In this document: in pieces, positions 34,623 through 48,300 of the stretch
Layout: each line of letters opens with the position of its first letter
Numbering within the stretch: the first letter of the stretch is position 1
NCBI GenBank assembly: GCA_043228905.1
Contig: JBHGNT010000008.1
Location: forward strand, 18,972,001 to 19,036,000
DNA from: Azolla caroliniana
Taxonomy: Eukaryota > Plantae > Polypodiophyta
DNA length: 64,000 nucleotides
Reading direction: 5' to 3'
Position numbers and translations under genes: made by a program
The notes under the pieces: generated by a model
Told to the model about the DNA's origin: nothing
Databases searched by the model: none
Seen by the model: the letters and a program-made list of their open reading frames with translations, nothing else

Positions 34623-36572
34623 TTTGGTTGGCCAAAACCCTTTACGAGTAGCTAGCCCACCTCCACTCTTAGTTCAAGTTACCTTGAACTCTCTATGCTC
34701 CACACATAGACACAAAGATAATATCTTTTGCTCTACCTTATATATGATGAGAGCCGTATTTGTCGTGCCTATGTGGGATATCTCACAATTTTCTCTTTTC
34801 CTTTCACAAACTTTATACCCTCATATCTTGACATTTAGTTGTTTGTTTCTCGTGTAATAAAGTGCATTCGAAACCTCCATCATTTTGTACTTAGATATTA
34901 AATTTACTTAAAATTTTATCTTCACAATTATTGTATTATGTGATTCATACTCGATTTTGTACGTTTTATGGGATTTTCACACTATTGCCGAAAATCTTCA
35001 CGACACCGGACTATACTGGACACAAGTCATGTCCTATTATTTGTTAAATCGGTGGACGTGAGAGACCGGGAGCAAGTGGGCCTCCTACTAGAGACCGATG
35101 ATGGGCTAACGGCCGACTGGGCCGTGGTGAAGAGAGTCTGTGGCCATTTTGACAAACGACATGAGTGGGTCGATAAAGGCTCGTCGGGGGTGGGCTTTGT
35201 TGCAGCAAGGAAGCTCGAGGTACCCCCACTGGCGCGAAGGGAGGAGACCCGAGATTGGCTCGAGGCCAGCTCGACTTCGACCAACATGGTCAAAGGCCCG
35301 TCTGCAGGAGGTGCGGAGGGACGACGGCGAACAAGCCCATGACCGACGGCCTCCGGCTAGGCATCGGTGCTTGTGGTGCGACGCAGTTGGCCACGCCTGA
35401 AGCGATAAGGGCCAATGTGGTGTACCTGTGGAACGGGCGGGTACATGCTAGCGAAACCCAGAGGACCCTGGATCTCAATGTCGGACGAGGGGGGATGAAA
35501 CGACTGATGGAAGAAGCGGCGGCTCGCCACACGGAGACCGTCCACTACTTGTCGTCGGTAGGGATCCGGGTCGGGATTGATGAAGTCCGGAAAACGAAGG
35601 ACTTTGGGTTCTGGCTGTTGATCATGGAAGGCCTAACCGGCATACGACTAAGGAAAGAGGAAGCGGACCGCACGGAAAGACGGGTCCAGGAGGTAACCGG
35701 GTGGAGTGACCTGGGCCAAGAGAAGACACGCTTCGTGGAAGCCGCGTGGCAAAATTACAAGGTTCTGGTGGAAGACAAGTGTGCGGGAAAGACCAGGCGA
35801 GCTGGACCCTCACAACGGTATGAGACCCAGTTTGGGCCGAAGTAGAATGATATTGGTGCATCCAACGCACCGGACCAGGCCAAGAAGACCGGTTATCGGT
35901 TGAGTACAGAGATCGAAAGGATCACAGACCTACGAAAGGTCCTGGAGGAATGGATCCTTGACAACAAAGTGGAGCTGTCGCTAAGGGAAGTGCTCGATAT
36001 CGCCAAGAAGAAGTTCCACGACTCCATCGTAGACTTGGTGAAGCGGAAAAGGCTTTCGACGGAGTCGGAGCCGGAGAAACCGGTGGAGGTGCGAACGACG
36101 CACCTAGAAGACATGGCCCTGGAGGACGAGTTGGTGGAAAGCCACTACTCAAGGCTACATTGGGCTAGGGCCACTACTAAAACCCCCGTTCGGATCGGGG
36201 ACGTCTAGGAGCCGGTGGTGGTGTTGGTAGACCACGGTTCAAAGATCAACTTGATGTCCATGGACTTCTACAAGAAGGGAAAGTGGCCGATCAACACCAA
36301 GCACGGGTGGAAGATACGGGCGGCAACGCGCGCTGCGGAGGAGCTACACGGAGCTTGCACGAAAGTACGAGTGAAAATCGGCAATGTCGAGATCGATCAA
36401 CACTTCTTCGTGCAGGAGATGCCCTCGCCTCCGGTGATACTCGAAGAACCGTACATCACGGCGGCGCGCATGCCCGAGTGAAAAGCCAGGATGGGCGTCA
36501 CTCCGTTCAGTTTTTGATGGTACGACCGAACCACGAGCGTAATCGCGAGACCCTCGGTGGTGAAAGCTGAGG

Positions 36573-36638
36573 GGATTTTTAGAGAGGGCTATCAAGGAGT
36601 GGGGATGCGATAGTCCGAACACTCCAGAAAAACCCCAC
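36573..36638 (+). other. -1 ribosomal frameshift signal (G_GAT_TTT_TAG plus pseudoknot), G1
   Basis: Stem 1 GGGCTATC/GATAGTCC, stem 2 GTGGGG/CCCCAC; -1 frame is open into the RT ORF at 36804. Confidence 0.75.
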
Positions 36639-39600
36639 ACATGTACAATAGGCAAAAGAACCTGTAACATAGGTCGGAAGTTTTGGTTCTCCGACAGCGG
36701 AGGTTGTACAATAGCCGGCATCGTTGGCCGGGAGAAAAAGCGGGCAGAACAGCGACTCGGGGAATGCAGAGTCCTCACCCCCGAAGAGGAGATCAACGGA
36801 GCCGTGGAGGCGGTCTCTCTTGACGACACCTTGGGGAAGTTACAGAAGATGTTCAGAGAGGGCCTTATTGAAGATTGGGCGATTCCGGTATGGTCGGAAA
36901 AGATGTACGAAGTTATCGCCGACCTCAGTTTAGGACTCGAGTCGGATCGGACGGCCCGAGTGGATACGAAGTACAAGACTGTGGGCCGGAAAGTGAGGCC
37001 AGTAGCGGCACCCTTGCCGGAGGGCACCGAGTTAAGGATGAAAGGGGTCACGTCAGACCCAAGTTTACGAGATCCAACTGGCATAGGACACCTATTCACC
37101 GACATAACGCTACGAGAGCTCAAGGTCGGTGGGGGTGGTTTTCTACTACCGGCGGAGGAGGACCGGTTTCGGAGAATGCTCGGGAGGCATGGAAAGGCCT
37201 ACGCATTCTCGTCGGAGGAGATCGGGTGCATAGACCTGACGATTGTGGAACCAATGGTGATCTTCACAGTACCGCATGTACCATGGAATCTCAAACCGAT
37301 TCCGGTACCCAGAGCTCAATCCCGAAGCTGATGGAGCTGCTGAAACACAAGGTGGATATGGGCATCCTCGAACCGTCGAGTGCCCCGTATTCTAATTGGT
37401 GGTTTACCGTGCCCAAGAAGAACGGCATGTTGCGCTTCATTCAGGACCTACAACCGGTCAACAAAGTGACCATTCGGAACGCAGGAATCGGACTGACAAT
37501 AGACGAGTTTGCAGAGGCCTTTGCCCAAAGGTCAATTTACTCGGCTGGTTATCTGTACTCGCGATACGATCAGTTCCAGTTAGCCGTGGAGAGTAGGGAC
37601 ATTACGACGATGCGAACTCCTCTCGGCCTAGTACGGATGTGTACCCTTCCGCAAGGAGGGGCGAACTCGGTAGCCCACATGGTAAACGCAATCAACAAAG
37701 TGCTAAGGGATTGTATCTCGGACATCACCATGCCATCTTAGATGACATCCCGATCAAAGGATGCCTGGTGGAGGATAAGGACAAGGCAATCGGACCGGAC
37801 GGATGCCGGAAATTCGTGGCGGACCACGTCGATGACTGCGAGAAGGTGTTGCAAAGACTAGAGGGCGCGAGGCTCACCTTCTCCGGGGAGAAATCGGCCT
37901 TCTGGTGATCGGAGATCATGGTCATCGGACACCTATGCGGGCCATTCGGTCGGAAACCGTCGCCGGCCAAGGTAGAGGCCATCTCCACAATGAAGTGCGA
38001 CTACAATTCAGTCACTGAAGTCCGGAGATTCTTGGGAGCATGCGCGTTCAACCACATCTGGATCCCACATTATGCCCACGTCGCGGAGCAGCTCTATAGA
38101 TTGCTGAAGAAAGGGCGTAAATTCGAGTGGAGAGAGGGGCATACGGAGTCGGTCCGGAAAATGAAAGCAACACTTGTTGCAGCGCCGGTTCTCCGGAAAG
38201 CGGTCGACGGTAAAGACATTCTGATTTACGTGACCGTAGACACGAGTCCGACCGGAATCGGATGGGTGATCAACTAGGAGGCTGAGAATGGCACGAGGTT
38301 CCCCATCTGGTTCGGCCCGAAAGTCCTCAATGAACGACAACGAGGGTACGCTTAGGTTAAACACAAACTCTGGGGTATCGTTTCGGCGGTCAAGCCTGAC
38401 AAAGACTATTTGATCGGGACGGAGGTGACAATTGAGATGGACTGCCTGCCGATTCTTGGTATGGTTTCCGGATGTGCAACGCCAGACGTGGCACTGCTTA
38501 GGTGGATTAAGTCCCTGAATCCGGAAATACGACACATTTCTGGAAAAGACAACGCCATGGTCGACATGCTTTCGAGGGCGAGATTCGTTGATGAGGATGA
38601 CATGGTTTCGAAGGACGAAGAAGTCGGCGTGGACTTCTTCGAGATGGCTTACGTAGCAACAAGGAAGGGGAGCACTTCGGCACTTAACGAGTTCGACGAG
38701 AGCAAGTACGACGGGGAGTGGCTCTAGATCGGCGGGTTCCTGAAGACAATGACAACGGACGTGGCGTGGACGAAGGAAGAGACCAACCGGATTCGGAAGA
38801 AAGCGTACCGATTCTTCCTACGGGATGGGTGCATATGGAAGCACCCAAAGAAGGGAAACGACATCCTGCTGTGGGTTATGGCTAAGAAAGAGGAATAGGT
38901 GGAACTGTTGACGGCGTACCACGGGAGTCCTTGGGCCGGACACCGCGAGACGTGGGCCACATTCGAGAAACTGAAGAGGAAGTACTGGTGGTTGGGACTA
39001 TACCGGGATGTGCATCGGTTCGTGACGGCTTGCGAAAGCTGTCAGATGCACTCCATAGTCCAACCCCCATCCGACGTACCCTCTGACCATCCACTTCAAG
39101 TGGATGGTGGATCTGGTGATGATGTCGATGGGGGTAGGGCAGATGCGATAGCTGGTGCTGGCTCGAGAGGACCTAACGAACCAGGTGGAAGGCTGAGCGC
39201 TGCCGAACAAAACGACTGCGGTCGTGTGCCGATTTCTATTCGAAGAAGTGGTATGCTGGTACGGGTGCGTAGGAAAGATCGTAGCCGACCGCGGAGAACT
39301 AGACGCACAAGAGGCCGAAGAGTTGTTTGACCGGCTAAGGGTTAAACTCTCGCTCACCAAGACGTACAATCCGGAGGCCAAGTCGGAAACTGGCCGCGGT
39401 TCTTACCCTATGTGTTGTGGGCCGACTGAATTATGCATAGTTCCGTAACCGGGTTCATGCCGACGAAGCTGATGTACGGGCAGAAGCCGGTCATGCCAAT
39501 GGAGCGAACGATCTCCTCATGGGCCACGGTGGACTAGAGAGACAAGATGAGCTGGCAGGAATTGTTAGCGGTGCGGATCTGATAGCTCGAGCAAAGACCG

Positions 39601-41221
39601 GAGGATGTGGAACGAGCCATGGAAAAGTTGCAGGCCACGAGGGTAAAGAACAAGGGGCGATTTGACCGGACTCACCGACTAAGGTCGAAGAAAATCGAGG
39701 AAGGCAGCGACTAGTTTCTGGTATATGACAACAGCCTCAACAACCAGCACAAGGCGATGCGGAAGTTTGCAAGGTGGTTCGGGCCTTACGTGGTGACAAG
39801 CGCCAACGACAACGGGACCTACCATCTCACGGAGCTTGACAGGACGAGGATAGCAGTACCGGTGGCGGGAAAAAGGATCAAAGCGTTCAAAAAGTGGCAC
39901 CAGGATGAACCGGACCCGGACGACTTGGATAGTGAGGACGACCGGTTCGGAGCGAATGACGATCCAGAGGACGAAGGGTAAGTGCGGGCCGGTCTTCTCC
40001 GGCAAGAGTTAGGTGGGGGTGGATGTCGTGGAGAAAACCGTCCCTAGGCGGAATCGGAGAATGATGTGCGTGAACCGGCCCTTACACGCGGGGAAAAGTT
40101 TTGTTGTAATGTACATATTTAGGTACAAGTTGGCTGATGTGAATATCCTAGGTCGCACGGATTTGATAGGTAGGAAATTGAGGCATATCTCTGTCTGAAA
40201 GGACAGAGAATAAAGAGGATGAAACAAGTTGTAACGGCCTCCCTCCTTGGGCTATAAAAGAGAGGGAGAGGAATCGTAAAGAGGATCGCTTTAGTCGAGG
40301 ACGAAGTGCTGTTGGACTGGGACCGAGCTCTTCTCCTCCGTCTTTCTTTGTATTTGCTCTGTGCAGGTTTTTGGGAGGCTAATTCTGGTCCGCGGAACAC
40401 CTGAGTGCTTCCAGTAGAGTCTCCATCTCGCTCTTCTGCATGTGTGTGCGTAGGCATAGGAGATTTGTCGCTCACCGGCCTGCCGGTTGTAACCCCTTTT
40501 TAATCAGAATATATATGTACATATACGCATTCGTCTCGTTTCCGTTGTTTCATTCGGTTGCGGTTTTTGTGTATCTGTGTGTGTGTGTGTGTGTGGAAGC
40601 ACGTCCATTGTCTTTCTTGCTCCTACTCCTGATCGGTTATCCCTCGGTCTAAGACCCCCGTGCTTCCGCCTCGTTCTATACGCACACGTGTAACAACGCA
40701 ACATCGTTGTCCTCAAGATGTTGCCATTTTGTATATTTCTTGTGTTCTGATTTTCCTTTTCGGGCAGTCCTACGCAAGGTACTTGCCAGCGTGATCACCA
40801 GTTCTCCTTTAATGTACAACACAAACCAACAATTAAGTTGTTCTTTGTTTGAACATCTTTTTTCAAGGCTTTGGGTGTCAGGAATAGTACTAAAACAGAG
40901 AGAGAATCAATACTAGAGAAGGGAAGTACTATTAGTACTAAGAGGACTGACCGCGTAAGACTCACGAGAGAGGAAGAGAAAAAAGGAGAGAGAGAGAGAG
41001 AATGAGAGTGAGTGATGATAACAGATGATTTATTATGTGAAGAGTAAATACAAAATAGCTATGAGGCTTATGATTGGCGTTGAACCAATTTGGTTCGAGA
41101 AAATGCCTTTTGCCTCCTTTTATAGTGTTCTCAGGAGTAGTCCTGAAGGTTCCAGAGATATCTGGAGTATACATTAATTTTCTATAATAAAACATAAATT
41201 AAAATAATATTCTACGTATTA

Positions 41222-41293
41222 TAATAGATAGTGTAATGGTCAAGACCTCGACCCATCTAACATAAGGTCATGGGTTCAAGTCTTGCCATATCA
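41222..41293 (+). promoter_or_regulatory. tRNA-like A/B-box module at the U3 end of LTR J (antisense to element)
   Basis: TAGTGTAATGGTCAAGAC (41229) ... GGGTTCAAGTCT (41272-41283). Confidence 0.55.
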
Positions 41294-41298
41294 TGACA

Positions 41299-41760
41299 CT
41301 ATCCCCCTTTAAAATGACGAGTGTTACGAGTCAGTGCTAATTGGGGACCAGGTTTTTCTAGATACTGTTGGTGGAAATCAACAAGAAGATCTCGAGCATG
41401 TTGCACAAGAAGATCCCGAGCATTGGCAACATGCTCGACGGGTTCCCAAGTACATTCACCCGGAGTATAGCTGAGCCAATCAACCAAATAATAAAGTTTG
41501 TTGTGAACAAACTTGGAGTCGAGGACAGCAACAACCTCATACTCCAGGCCAACATCCAACTCCAGCGGGGGTGGCGATGGTGTAACACGATCAGGAATAG
41601 TGTTAGCCTGATAAGGTTCAAGAAGAGAACTATGGATGACCGGATGTATGTGGAGGAAGATCAAGGTGGAACGTGACATCATTAATCTTGGCGATAATAC
41701 GGAAAGGACCGAGTCGTCGATAATCCAATTTGTTTTGTCGCATGGTCGAGTAGTCTTCAT
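41299..41760 (-). pseudogene. pol: Chromodomain-bearing integrase C-terminus (frameshifted)
   Basis: Group I chromodomain motifs. Confidence 0.85.
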
Positions 41761-44083
41761 GTGACAACGTTGTCGTGGAGAAAACCGTCCCTAGGAGGAA
41801 TGAGATAATAATGTGCGCGAACTGGCCCTTGTACGTGGGCACAAGTTTTGTTGTGATATATATATAAATAGGTACGAGTCGGTTGATGTGAATATCCTAG
41901 GTAGCACACATTTGTTAGGTAGAAAATCAAGGCGTATCTCTGTCTAAAAGAACAGAGAATAAAGATGATGTAACGGGTTGTGACGGCCTCCCTCCTTGGG
42001 CTATAAAAGAGAGGGAGAGGAGTCGAAATAGGGATCGCTTTTGTCGAGGACGAAGTGCTGTCAGACTGGGACCAACCTCTTCTCCTCCGTCTTTCTCTGT
42101 ATTTGCCTTGTGCAGGTTTCAGGAGACTGACTCTGCTCTGCGGAACACCCAAGTGCTTCCGGCCGAGTCTCCATTTCACGTCTGTGTGCGTGTAGGCGTC
42201 AGAGCTTGTCGCTCACCAACCCGCCGGTTGTAACTCCTTTCATCTGATATATATATATATACATACACATACCCTCATTCATCTTGTTTCAATTGGTTGT
42301 GGTTGCTGTGTATTTGTGTGTGCACGAAGCACGACCTTCATCTTTGTTGCTCCCCTCCTTCTCTCTTGTTTCTCGGTCCGAGACCCACGTGGTCCCGCCT
42401 CGTTCTACACTCATGCGCGTAATAACGCGACATATTTGGTGAACCCGACGTGAACAGGCGGCAGAGGAATAGGAAGATGAGGGGTTCGGAGCTTGCAGAA
42501 GCCATGGGTTCAGCTATGGATCGGATAGTGAGTGCGCGCGAAAGCGCGGGCACCCTCGATAGGGCCATTGAAGCGATTGTCGGCACAATAGGCCGGTTCG
42601 GCAGAAAGGACGCCACGAGCTATTTGGAGGCCTATCGAGCCAAAATGATGATGAGGGACATTCCGGAGGACAGGCGACTGGATGGATTCCCTCGAGTAGC
42701 AATGCCGAGCATCCATGTGGAGGTGCTCGAGGTATGGGGCTGAGAGCCAGATCTGGGAAGAATTTGAAGGTCAACTCCTTGAGAATACGGGCTTGATGAC
42801 ATGCTTCTGCTATCGAAGCAGGACTTCATGGAATGGGTGGAGACCCCCGAAAAGGGGAGAAACGCGTTGGTGCTCCTCCGGGAGTTTGAAGAACGCTTCG
42901 CGCGTCTTTTGGCGCTGGACCGGACCGTACTGGACACAAGTCGTGTCCTATTGTTTGTTAAATTAGTGGACGTGAGGGACCGGGAGCAAGTGGGCCTCTT
43001 GCTGGAGACCGACGACAGGCTGACGGCCGACTGCGCCGTGGTAAAGAGTGTCTGTGGCCGTTTCGACAAACGGCGAGATTGGGTCGATAAAGACACAGCG
43101 GGAGCAGGCTCTGTTCCGGCAAGGAAGCTCGAGGTACCCCCACCCGCACGAAGGGAGGAGACCCGAGATTGGCTCGAGGCCGGCTCGACTTCGACTAGCA
43201 TGGTCAAAGGCCTGTCCGGAGGAGCGGCTCTAGAGGAGCTGACTCAGATGGTGAGGGACCTCCAAATTGCACAGGCACGGAGGGACAACGGCAAACATGC
43301 CCGCGACCAAAGGTCTCTGGCCGGGCATCGGTGCTTGTGGTGCAACACGGTCAGCCACGCTCGGAAGGACTGCGGGGATTTCGCCGAAGTGATAATGTCT
43401 AATGTGATGTACCTATGGAATGGGCGTGTACACGCTACCGAAACCAGGAGGGCCCTAGAACTGAACATCGGGCGAGGGGGAATGAAGCGGCTGATGGAAG
43501 AAGCGGCGGCTCGCCACGTGGAGACCGTGCACTACTCAACATCGGTAGGAATCCGGGTCAGGAGCGACGAAGTCCGGAAGAGGAAGGACTCCAGGTTCTG
43601 GCCGTTGATGCTAGAAGGCCTCGCTGGCGTGCGATTGAGGAAAGAGGAAGCGGACTGCGCGGAAAGACGGGTCCGGGAGGTAACCAGGTGGAGGGACCCG
43701 GTCGAAGAAAAGACGGGCTTCATCGAAGACGCGTGCCAAAACTACGAGGTTCTGATGGAAGAGAAGCGTGCGGGAAAGACCGGAGGGGTTGGACCCTCGC
43801 AACGGTATGAGACCTGGTTCGGGTAGAGGCAGAATGACGCCGGTGCATCTGGCGCACCGGACAAGGCCAACAAGGCCGGTTACCGGTTGAGCACAGAGAT
43901 CGAAAGGACCATGGACCTACGAAAGGTCCTGGAGGAACGAATTCTCGACAACAAAGTGCAATTTTCGCTAAGGGAAGTGCTCGGTATCACCAAAAAGGAG
44001 TTCCACGACTCCATCATAGACTTGGTGAAGCGGAAGAGGCTTTCGATGGAGCCAGAGCCGGAGAAGCCGGTGGATGTGCGAAC

Positions 44084-44731
44084 TGACGTGGAATACGCGG
44101 ATTAATCTCCGGCCACAACTGAAGCGTAGATCACTTGATGACAATCAAAAAACACAGACGAAATGGGAATGGAGGTAAGTCGACAAAACAGAAAGAGAAT
44201 ACATAGGAATTTAACGTGGAAAACCCTGAGAGGGAAAAACCACGGGAGTCCACAGTCTCCAAACTATCACTCTGTAAAGTAATACAACAGGGAGCACAAA
44301 GGCAACGACCTCTTGCTCACAATCTTCGCCTAGCGGCAGTTACAACAGAGACACAATCTTTGTATGTCGCTCTCTCTCTCTCTCTCTTACGCACTGTACA
44401 GAGGTTACACCAATAACTCTATCATCATAACTATTAAGTTTGCCCTAAGTCATATTTATACTAATATGACTTTCGGGCTATTTACAAATATAGCCCCATT
44501 GGGCTCTCTGGAACATATTTACATATATGTCCCTTCCATCCGATGAGAGGTTCTCACCAGGCCTGCAACATCCAGTTCTCACCGGGTCTTCCTTGTCGGG
44601 TACTCGTCATCCGGTTCTCACCGGGTCTTCCGTTGCTGAGTACTCGTCATCCGGTTCTCACTGGGTCTTCCGTTGCCAGGTACTCCACATCTGGATTCTC
44701 ACTTCCCATTCGGAGGGACCTGTTTCCTACA
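44084..44731 (-). mobile_element. Solo LTR K1 (Copia K family)
   Basis: TG...CA, perfect TSD CGAAC, reverse-complement homologue of the K2 LTR; four tandem units of about 40 bp at 44545-44700. Confidence 0.9.
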
Positions 44732-45245
44732 CGAACGATGCACCTAGAAGACATGGCCCTGGAAGACGAGTTGGCGGAAAGCCACTATTCGAGGCTACAT
44801 TGGGCCAGAGCCACTACGAGACCCCCATTAACATCGGAGACGTTCAGGAGCCAGTGGTGGCGTTAATATACCACGGTTCGGAAATCAACCTGATATCCAT
44901 GGACTTTTACAAGAAGGCCAAGTGGCCGATCAACACCAAGCATGGGTGGAAAATACGAGCAACGATGCGCACCACGGAGGAGCTACACGGAGCCTACCCA
45001 AATATACGAGTGAAAATCGGTGATGTCGAGATCTATCAACACTTCTATGCACAGAAAACATCCTCGCATCCGGTGATACTCGGGGAACCATACATCACGG
45101 TGGCACGAATGGAGACGAAGGTGCTGGACAATGGGTCTGCGTATGCATGAGTCAAGAGCCAGGATGGGCGTCACTCCATCCAGTTTCTAATGATGCGACC
45201 AAACCATGAACGAAACCGAGAGACCCTCGGTGGCGAAAGCCGAGG

Positions 45246-45311
45246 GGATTTTTAGAGAGGGCTATCAAGGCATGGGGCCGCGATAGTCCAGACACTCCAG
45301 AAAAACCCCAC
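45246..45311 (+). other. -1 frameshift signal, G2
   Basis: GGATTTT-TAG plus the same pseudoknot; -1 frame joins ORF 45477. Confidence 0.75.
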
Positions 45312-48300
45312 ACATGTAAAGTAGGCAAAAGAACTTGTGACATAGGTAGGAAGTTTTGGTTCTCCGACAGCGGAGGTTGTACAATAGCCGGCGTCGTTGG
45401 CCGGGAGAAGAAGCGGGCAGAAGAGCGACTCAGGGCATGCGGAGTCCTCGGCCCCGAAGAGGAAATCAACGGAGCCGTGGAGGCGGTCTCTTTCGACAAG
45501 AACTTGGGGAAGCTACTGGAGGTGTTCGGAGAGGGCCTTAGTGGAGACCGGACGATTCCGGTATATACGAAAAGGATGTATGAAGTCATTGCCGACTTCA
45601 GTAGGGGACTTCAGCCAGATCGGATGGCCGGAGTGGATACGAAGTACAAGACTGTGGACCGGAAGGTGAGGCCAGTCGCGACACCCTTGCCGAAGGAAGC
45701 AAGTTATAGATGAAAGGGGTCGCGTCAGACCCAAGTTTGCGAGATCCGGCTGGCATAGGACACCGATTCACCGACATAACGCTGCGAGAGCTCAAGGTCG
45801 GTGGGGATGGCTTTCTACTGCTGGCGGAGGAGGACCGGTTTCGGAGAATGCTCGAGAGGCACGAAAAAGCCTTCGCATTCTCGCCGGAGGAGATTGGGTG
45901 CGTAGACCCGACGATTGTGGAACCAATGGTGATCTTCACAGTACCGCATGTACCGTGGAATCTCAAACCGATTCCGGTACCCAGAGCTCAATCCCGAAGT
46001 TGATGGAGCTGCTGAAACAGAAGGTGGAAATGGGCATCCTCGAACCGTCAAGTGCCCCGTATTCTAATCGGTGGTTTACCGTGCCCAAGAAGAACGACAC
46101 GTTGCGCTTCATTCAGGACCTGCAACCGGTCAACAACGTGACCATTCGGAACGCAAGAATCGGACCGACAATAGACGAGTTCGCAGAGGCCTTCACCCGA
46201 AGGTCAATTTACTCGGTCGTTGATCTGTACTCGCGATACAATCAGTTCCAGTTAGCCGTGGAGAGTAGGGACATTACGACGATGTGGCCTCCTCTCGGCC
46301 TAGTATGGATGTGTACCCTTCCGCAAGGAGGGGCGAACTCGGTAGCCCACATGGTAAACGCAATCAACAAAGTGCTAAGGGATTGTATCTCAGACATCAC
46401 CATGCCATCTTAGACGACATCCCGATCAAAGGATGCCTGGTGGAGGATAAGGACAAGACAATCGGACTGGACGGATGCCGGAAATTCGTGGCAGACCATG
46501 TCGATGACTGCGAGAAGGTGCTGCAAAGACTAGAGGGCGCGAGGCTCACCTTCTCTGGGGAGAAATCGGCCTTCGGGCGATCGGAGACCTATGCGGGCAC
46601 CTATGCGGGCCATTCGGTCGGAAACCATCGCCGGCCAAGGTAGAGGTCATCTCCGCGATGAAGCGCAATTGCAATTCAGTCACTGAAGTCCGGAGATTCT
46701 TGGGAGCATACGCACTCTACCACATCTGGATCCCACATTATGCCCACGTCGCGGACAGCTCTATGGATTGTTGAAGAAAGGGCGTAAATTCGAGTGGAGA
46801 GATGAGCATACAGAATCGGTCCGGAAAATGAAAGAAGCACTTGCTGTGGCGCCGACACTCCGAAAAGCGGTCTATGGTAAAGACATTCCGATCTACGTGA
46901 CCGTAGACACGAATCCGACCGGAATCGGATGGGTGATCAACTAAGGGGATGAGAATGGCACGAGGTTTCCCATCCAGTTCGACGCGAAAGTCCTCAGTGA
47001 ACGACAGCGAGGGTATGTCCAAGTTAAATGCGAACTCTGGGGTATCGTTTCGGCGGTCAAGTCCGACAAAGACTACCTGATCGGGACGGAGGTGGTAGTT
47101 TAGACAAACTGCCTGCCGATTCTCGGAATGGTTTCCGGATGCGCGACGCCGGACCTGGCTATGCTCAGGTGGATAGCGTACATGAAGTCCCTGAATCTGG
47201 AAATACGACACGTTTCCGGAAAGGACAACGCTATGGCAGACATTCTTTTGAGGGCGAGATTCGAAGATGAGGACGACATGGTCTCGGATGACGAAGAAGT
47301 CGGCGTGGACTTCTTCGAGACGGCTTACATAACAACAAGGAAGGGGAGCACTCCAGCGCTTAACGAGTTCGACGAGAGCAAGAACGACGGGGAGTGGCAC
47401 CAGATCGGCGGGTTCCTAAAGACAATAACGTCGAACGCGACGTGGACGAAGGAAGAGGCCAATCGGATTCGGAAGAAAGCGTACCGGTTCTTCCTACGGG
47501 ATGAGTGCATCTGGAAACACCCGAAGAAGAGAAATGGCGTTCCGCTCCGGGTGGTGGAGAAGAAAGAGGAACAGGAGGAATTGTTGGCGGCGTACCACGA
47601 AAGTCCCTGGGATGGACACCGCAGGACGTGGGACACATTCGAGAAGCTGAAGAGGAAGTACTGGTGGCCGGGACTGTGCCGTGACGACTTGCGAAAGCTG
47701 TCAGATGCACTCCATAGTCTAACATCGGGACGAGCTTCACCCGACCTACCCTTTGATTGTCCACTTCAAATGGATGGTGGATCTGGTGACGATGCCGATG
47801 GGGGTAGGGCATATGCGATACCTGGTGCTAGCGCGGGAGGACCTGACAAACTAGGTGGAGGGCCGAGCACTAACGAACAAAACGACCGCGACCGCGTGCC
47901 GATTTCTGATCGAAGAGGTGGTATGCCGGTACGGGTACGTAGGGAAGATCATAGCCGACCGTGGAGAACTAGACGCAGAAGAGGTTGAAGAGTTGTTTGA
48001 CCGGCTAGGGGTTAAACTCTCGCTCACCACAGCGTACAATCCGGAGGCGAACGGGAAGGTGGAACGCGGGCACGGGCCTATCATCAAAGAGTTAGTGCGG
48101 GCATGTGGAGGCCAAGTCGGAAATTGGCCACGGCTCTTACCCTATGCGTTGTGGGCCGACCAAACTACACACAGTTCGGTAACCGGGGTCATGTCGACAG
48201 AGTTGATGTACGGGCAGAAGCCGGTCATGCCAATGGAGCGAACGATCTCCTCATGGGCTGCGGTGGACTGGAAAGACGAGATGAGTCGAGAGGAGCTGTT

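Larger units (their letters stand above)
33836..35005 (-). mobile_element. Solo LTR A' (1170 bp), related to LTR A, inserted in G1 gag
   Basis: 12-bp TIR TGTCGTGAAGAT; both ends resemble LTR A; TSD ctgg/ccgg; G1 gag resumes after it. Confidence 0.88.
32677..40703 (+). mobile_element. Gypsy G1: full-length, degenerate, tRNA-Trp PBS
   Basis: LTRs 32677-33344 and 40024-40703; 4-bp TSD TCGT; PBS 33349-33366; PPT 40011-40023; gag/PR/RT/RH/IN remnants. Confidence 0.93.
40876..41770 (-). mobile_element. Chromovirus J (Tcn1-like) 3' end: LTR 40876-41298, PPT, integrase C-terminus and chromodomain
   Basis: tgtcagga...tcatgaca; PPT aaagggggatag; RRLGPF, HPVIHSSLLEPY, YEVVAVLDS..YYLVDW..Y...TWEP. Confidence 0.88.

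Noticed and set aside
36344-37123. Long antisense ORFs over G pol (also 52299-53123, 50436-51350, 46738-47400)
   Set aside because: GC-rich shadow frames of pol/gag with inconsistent ends among copies and no recognisable domain.
35300-39390. Internal deletions in G1 as possible splicing events
   Set aside because: At least one is flanked by a short microhomology (ggaggc near 39374), no GT-AG boundaries were noted, and they are copy-specific: ordinary illegitimate recombination.
118-41293. Calling the tRNA-like modules true tRNA genes
   Set aside because: Acceptor and anticodon stems do not pair convincingly and they lie within LTRs; reported only as tRNA-like promoter modules.
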